Below, piece after piece: positions 61,646 to 64,000 of a stretch of 64,000 bases of DNA. The stretch is from positions 744,997 through 808,996 of the forward strand of contig NW_019091362.1 of NCBI RefSeq assembly GCF_001949145.1, read 5' to 3'. The DNA comes from Acanthaster planci. Lineage: Eukaryota. Position 1 is the first letter of the stretch. Each line of letters starts with the position of its first letter. The notes under the pieces were generated by a model, which saw only the letters and a list, made by a program, of their open reading frames with translations, did not search any database and had not been told where the DNA came from. The translations under genes were made by a program, and so were the position numbers.

Positions 61646-64000
61646 CAGATACAAGTACATATAAAGAAAGTGTAACCAACTCCAATATTCAGCCTGGTCC
61701 ACATACATGTACATGTACATATAAGTAAATTTATGTTGCAAGATAACAGCATGGTAGAACTTGTTCAAGATGCAATTTTGAGACACTACTTTGGCATTTT
61801 CATCCTATGTGAGAAAATTTATCCTCTTCAAATATACTGCTCTCCCTACTTGAAGAACAAACCGAAATAGAATGAAATCCACTGGCTGACCTACATGTAC
61901 GGTATAACAACAAAAAGAGTGTCTAGTTTTTTTCAAACCACCTGTGAGTTCGTATGATTCCGGCCCCGGAATCGCCCATGTGCACCTGTTGAGTCCCATA
62001 TGAAGGGACGAAAGCATGCATCTTACTTCCAAGAGGACTTGGAAAAATAGTCCTCTACTCGCACCACCACTGTCCACCAGTACAACTGACAAATAAACTC
62101 AACGATTGGTCGCGTTTTTATGTCCGCCCATATCAAACCCCTACCAGACATAACAGGGGCAGGTTTCTCTTCTACTCCAACTACGGTGTAGGAGTCACTG
62201 CAAGTCACCAGAAATGAAATGTCACTAAATGGGAAAGTGCCATCAATTCACACACGGGTATAAAAATGTCATTATATTGATGTGTTTCCAAAAGGAGGTG
62301 TCATTTCCTGTGCAGTTATTAAACATGTCCCGTGTTTTTTGTTTCCTTTTACTTATCATGTAAATGTAAATACATGTACACATGTGTATTTCCTCAAAGT
62401 TGAAAAATTGCATTGTAAGCTAACCAAACCACTAACATACCGGTACATCTAATTGGGGTGTTTTGCGACTTTGTAAACAGTGCATGCATGATGTAATTAG
62501 TGGTGTCTGAGGACAAACAAACAACAACCCACATCCTCCTGCTTACCAGAGCAGACATTTTACTACCAGATCATGTTGCAAATCAAAAACCCTGCAATTT
62601 TATTCTTTAAGATGTAACGGACCATATTGTACAAGGGTGCCCTGAACCAATTCAAGCTCCATTGAAAATAGTGTAAATCAACCAAGTTTGGAGCCCCATG
62701 GCAGGCAACTGAAGTCCCTGAGGCCTCTCAAACAAAAAACAATGTGTTGTTTGGTCCTTCAGATTTCATGTGATTTTCAATTTTTAGTAGGTTAACCAAC
62801 AAATTTTTTAATTATCCGTCCAAAACAAACTCACCCCTCAAAAGTGAATGTTGCCAAGCCCTCCCAGCAGCCATTTTTCAAATGACATCCCTCACCTTCC
62901 TCGGGCTCTTCTTACTAATTTTCAGTCCCATTTTTCTCTGCTTTGCCCCCAGATGGGTGCCCCTGAATCTACAGAGATGATTCTGGGCCATACTGACACA
63001 ATCCCACCATTTCTTGGCCCAAACAGACCCCTCTTTTCGAAACAATCTCTGGGGGTACTTTTTGTGCGCCTCGACCTGGCGGAGAATTTTCCTTGAATTG
63101 GGACACTGCACCCACAATGTGCACAGCTGTCTGTTTCTCCAACCTTAAACTCCCCAGAACTGCGAAATTTTACATAATCCATCCCTTGATGGGTCTGATC
63201 TCATGTAATTTGACTACCGGTAGGTAGACAAAATATCAGTACATGGTACTACACCACTTTCAACTCCCAATTCTCTTCCTGTTGTGGTTTACTGTCCCAG
63301 GGAACTAGTATTTGGTCATGTCTGTTTCACTCAGTTGATGGGGTCAGATCTAACCACAGTCGTCTCCTTGGCCCCGCCTTACCAGCTCAATCTGCTACCC
63401 GTTAACTTCTGGGTGATGTGTTATGGAACGTGTTGTGGTATTGATTTGACGTCAGCTTGATTTGCCCACTGACATGTTCAGAAAGGGATCTCCCCCAATG
63501 TGTGTTCTCTACATGTAGGTTTTTTTTCCAGAATAAAAGTGTTTAGCTTATTGACCATGACTCTGCGCCTTTGGATTATTAATGTATTTGGTACATGCAC
63601 ATATACCAATCCAGTGTACATTGTCAATATACATGTAGGCCTGCATGTACTGGTACATTTATTGTATATTTAATGTGAATTGAAATATGGTATTTTTCTT
63701 TAAACTTTTGAGTCAAAAGTTAATCCTTGCTGAAATAAGAATTCAGATTTGAAAATAAAAGAAGTCAGCAACAACAATGCGCCAAACTATTACTGGCAAC
63801 ATTTTGGAAAACAGTTCACTGATAGGAAGTCCTCAGAATCACATTGACATTTACAAGAACATGTGTGTTTGCTTTAAGTTTGAGTTTAGAAAACACTTAC
63901 TTTAAAACGCTTTAATTGGCACAGTTGGAATATGCTGTATCCTATGCAGTTGACATGTATAATTGATTTCTAGTCTCTTAAGTTGCTCCCCAAGGGGTGA

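Overview
Animal genomic DNA, not prokaryotic. The lectin style suggests a deuterostome invertebrate, probably an echinoderm such as a sea star (inference). The draft assembly has three N-gaps. Main contents: (1) six intronless, secreted C-type lectin (CTL) genes, all on the + strand, plus a seventh decayed fragment at the left edge. They sit in segmental duplications and show patchwork, gene-conversion-like identity. (2) The last eight coding exons of an Integrator subunit 10 (INTS10) gene at 23.4-28.8 kb, with a minor-spliceosome (U12) intron and no recognisable 5' exons in the window. (3) A 5.2-kb Gypsy-type LTR element with both LTRs, TSD, tRNA-Leu PBS and PPT. It has gag and integrase remnants but no protease/RT/RNaseH, and carries a C2H2 zinc-finger ORF in the env position. 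(4) Many decayed LINEs, DNA transposons/MITEs (some nested), a SINE and tandem repeats. The most unusual inference: the DNA flanking the lectins reads, on the minus strand, as heavily decayed TRIM (RING / B-box / coiled-coil / filamin) genes, with each CTL lying antisense inside the remnant. On this reading the lectin family colonised an older TRIM array. All homologies were judged by eye; no searches were run.
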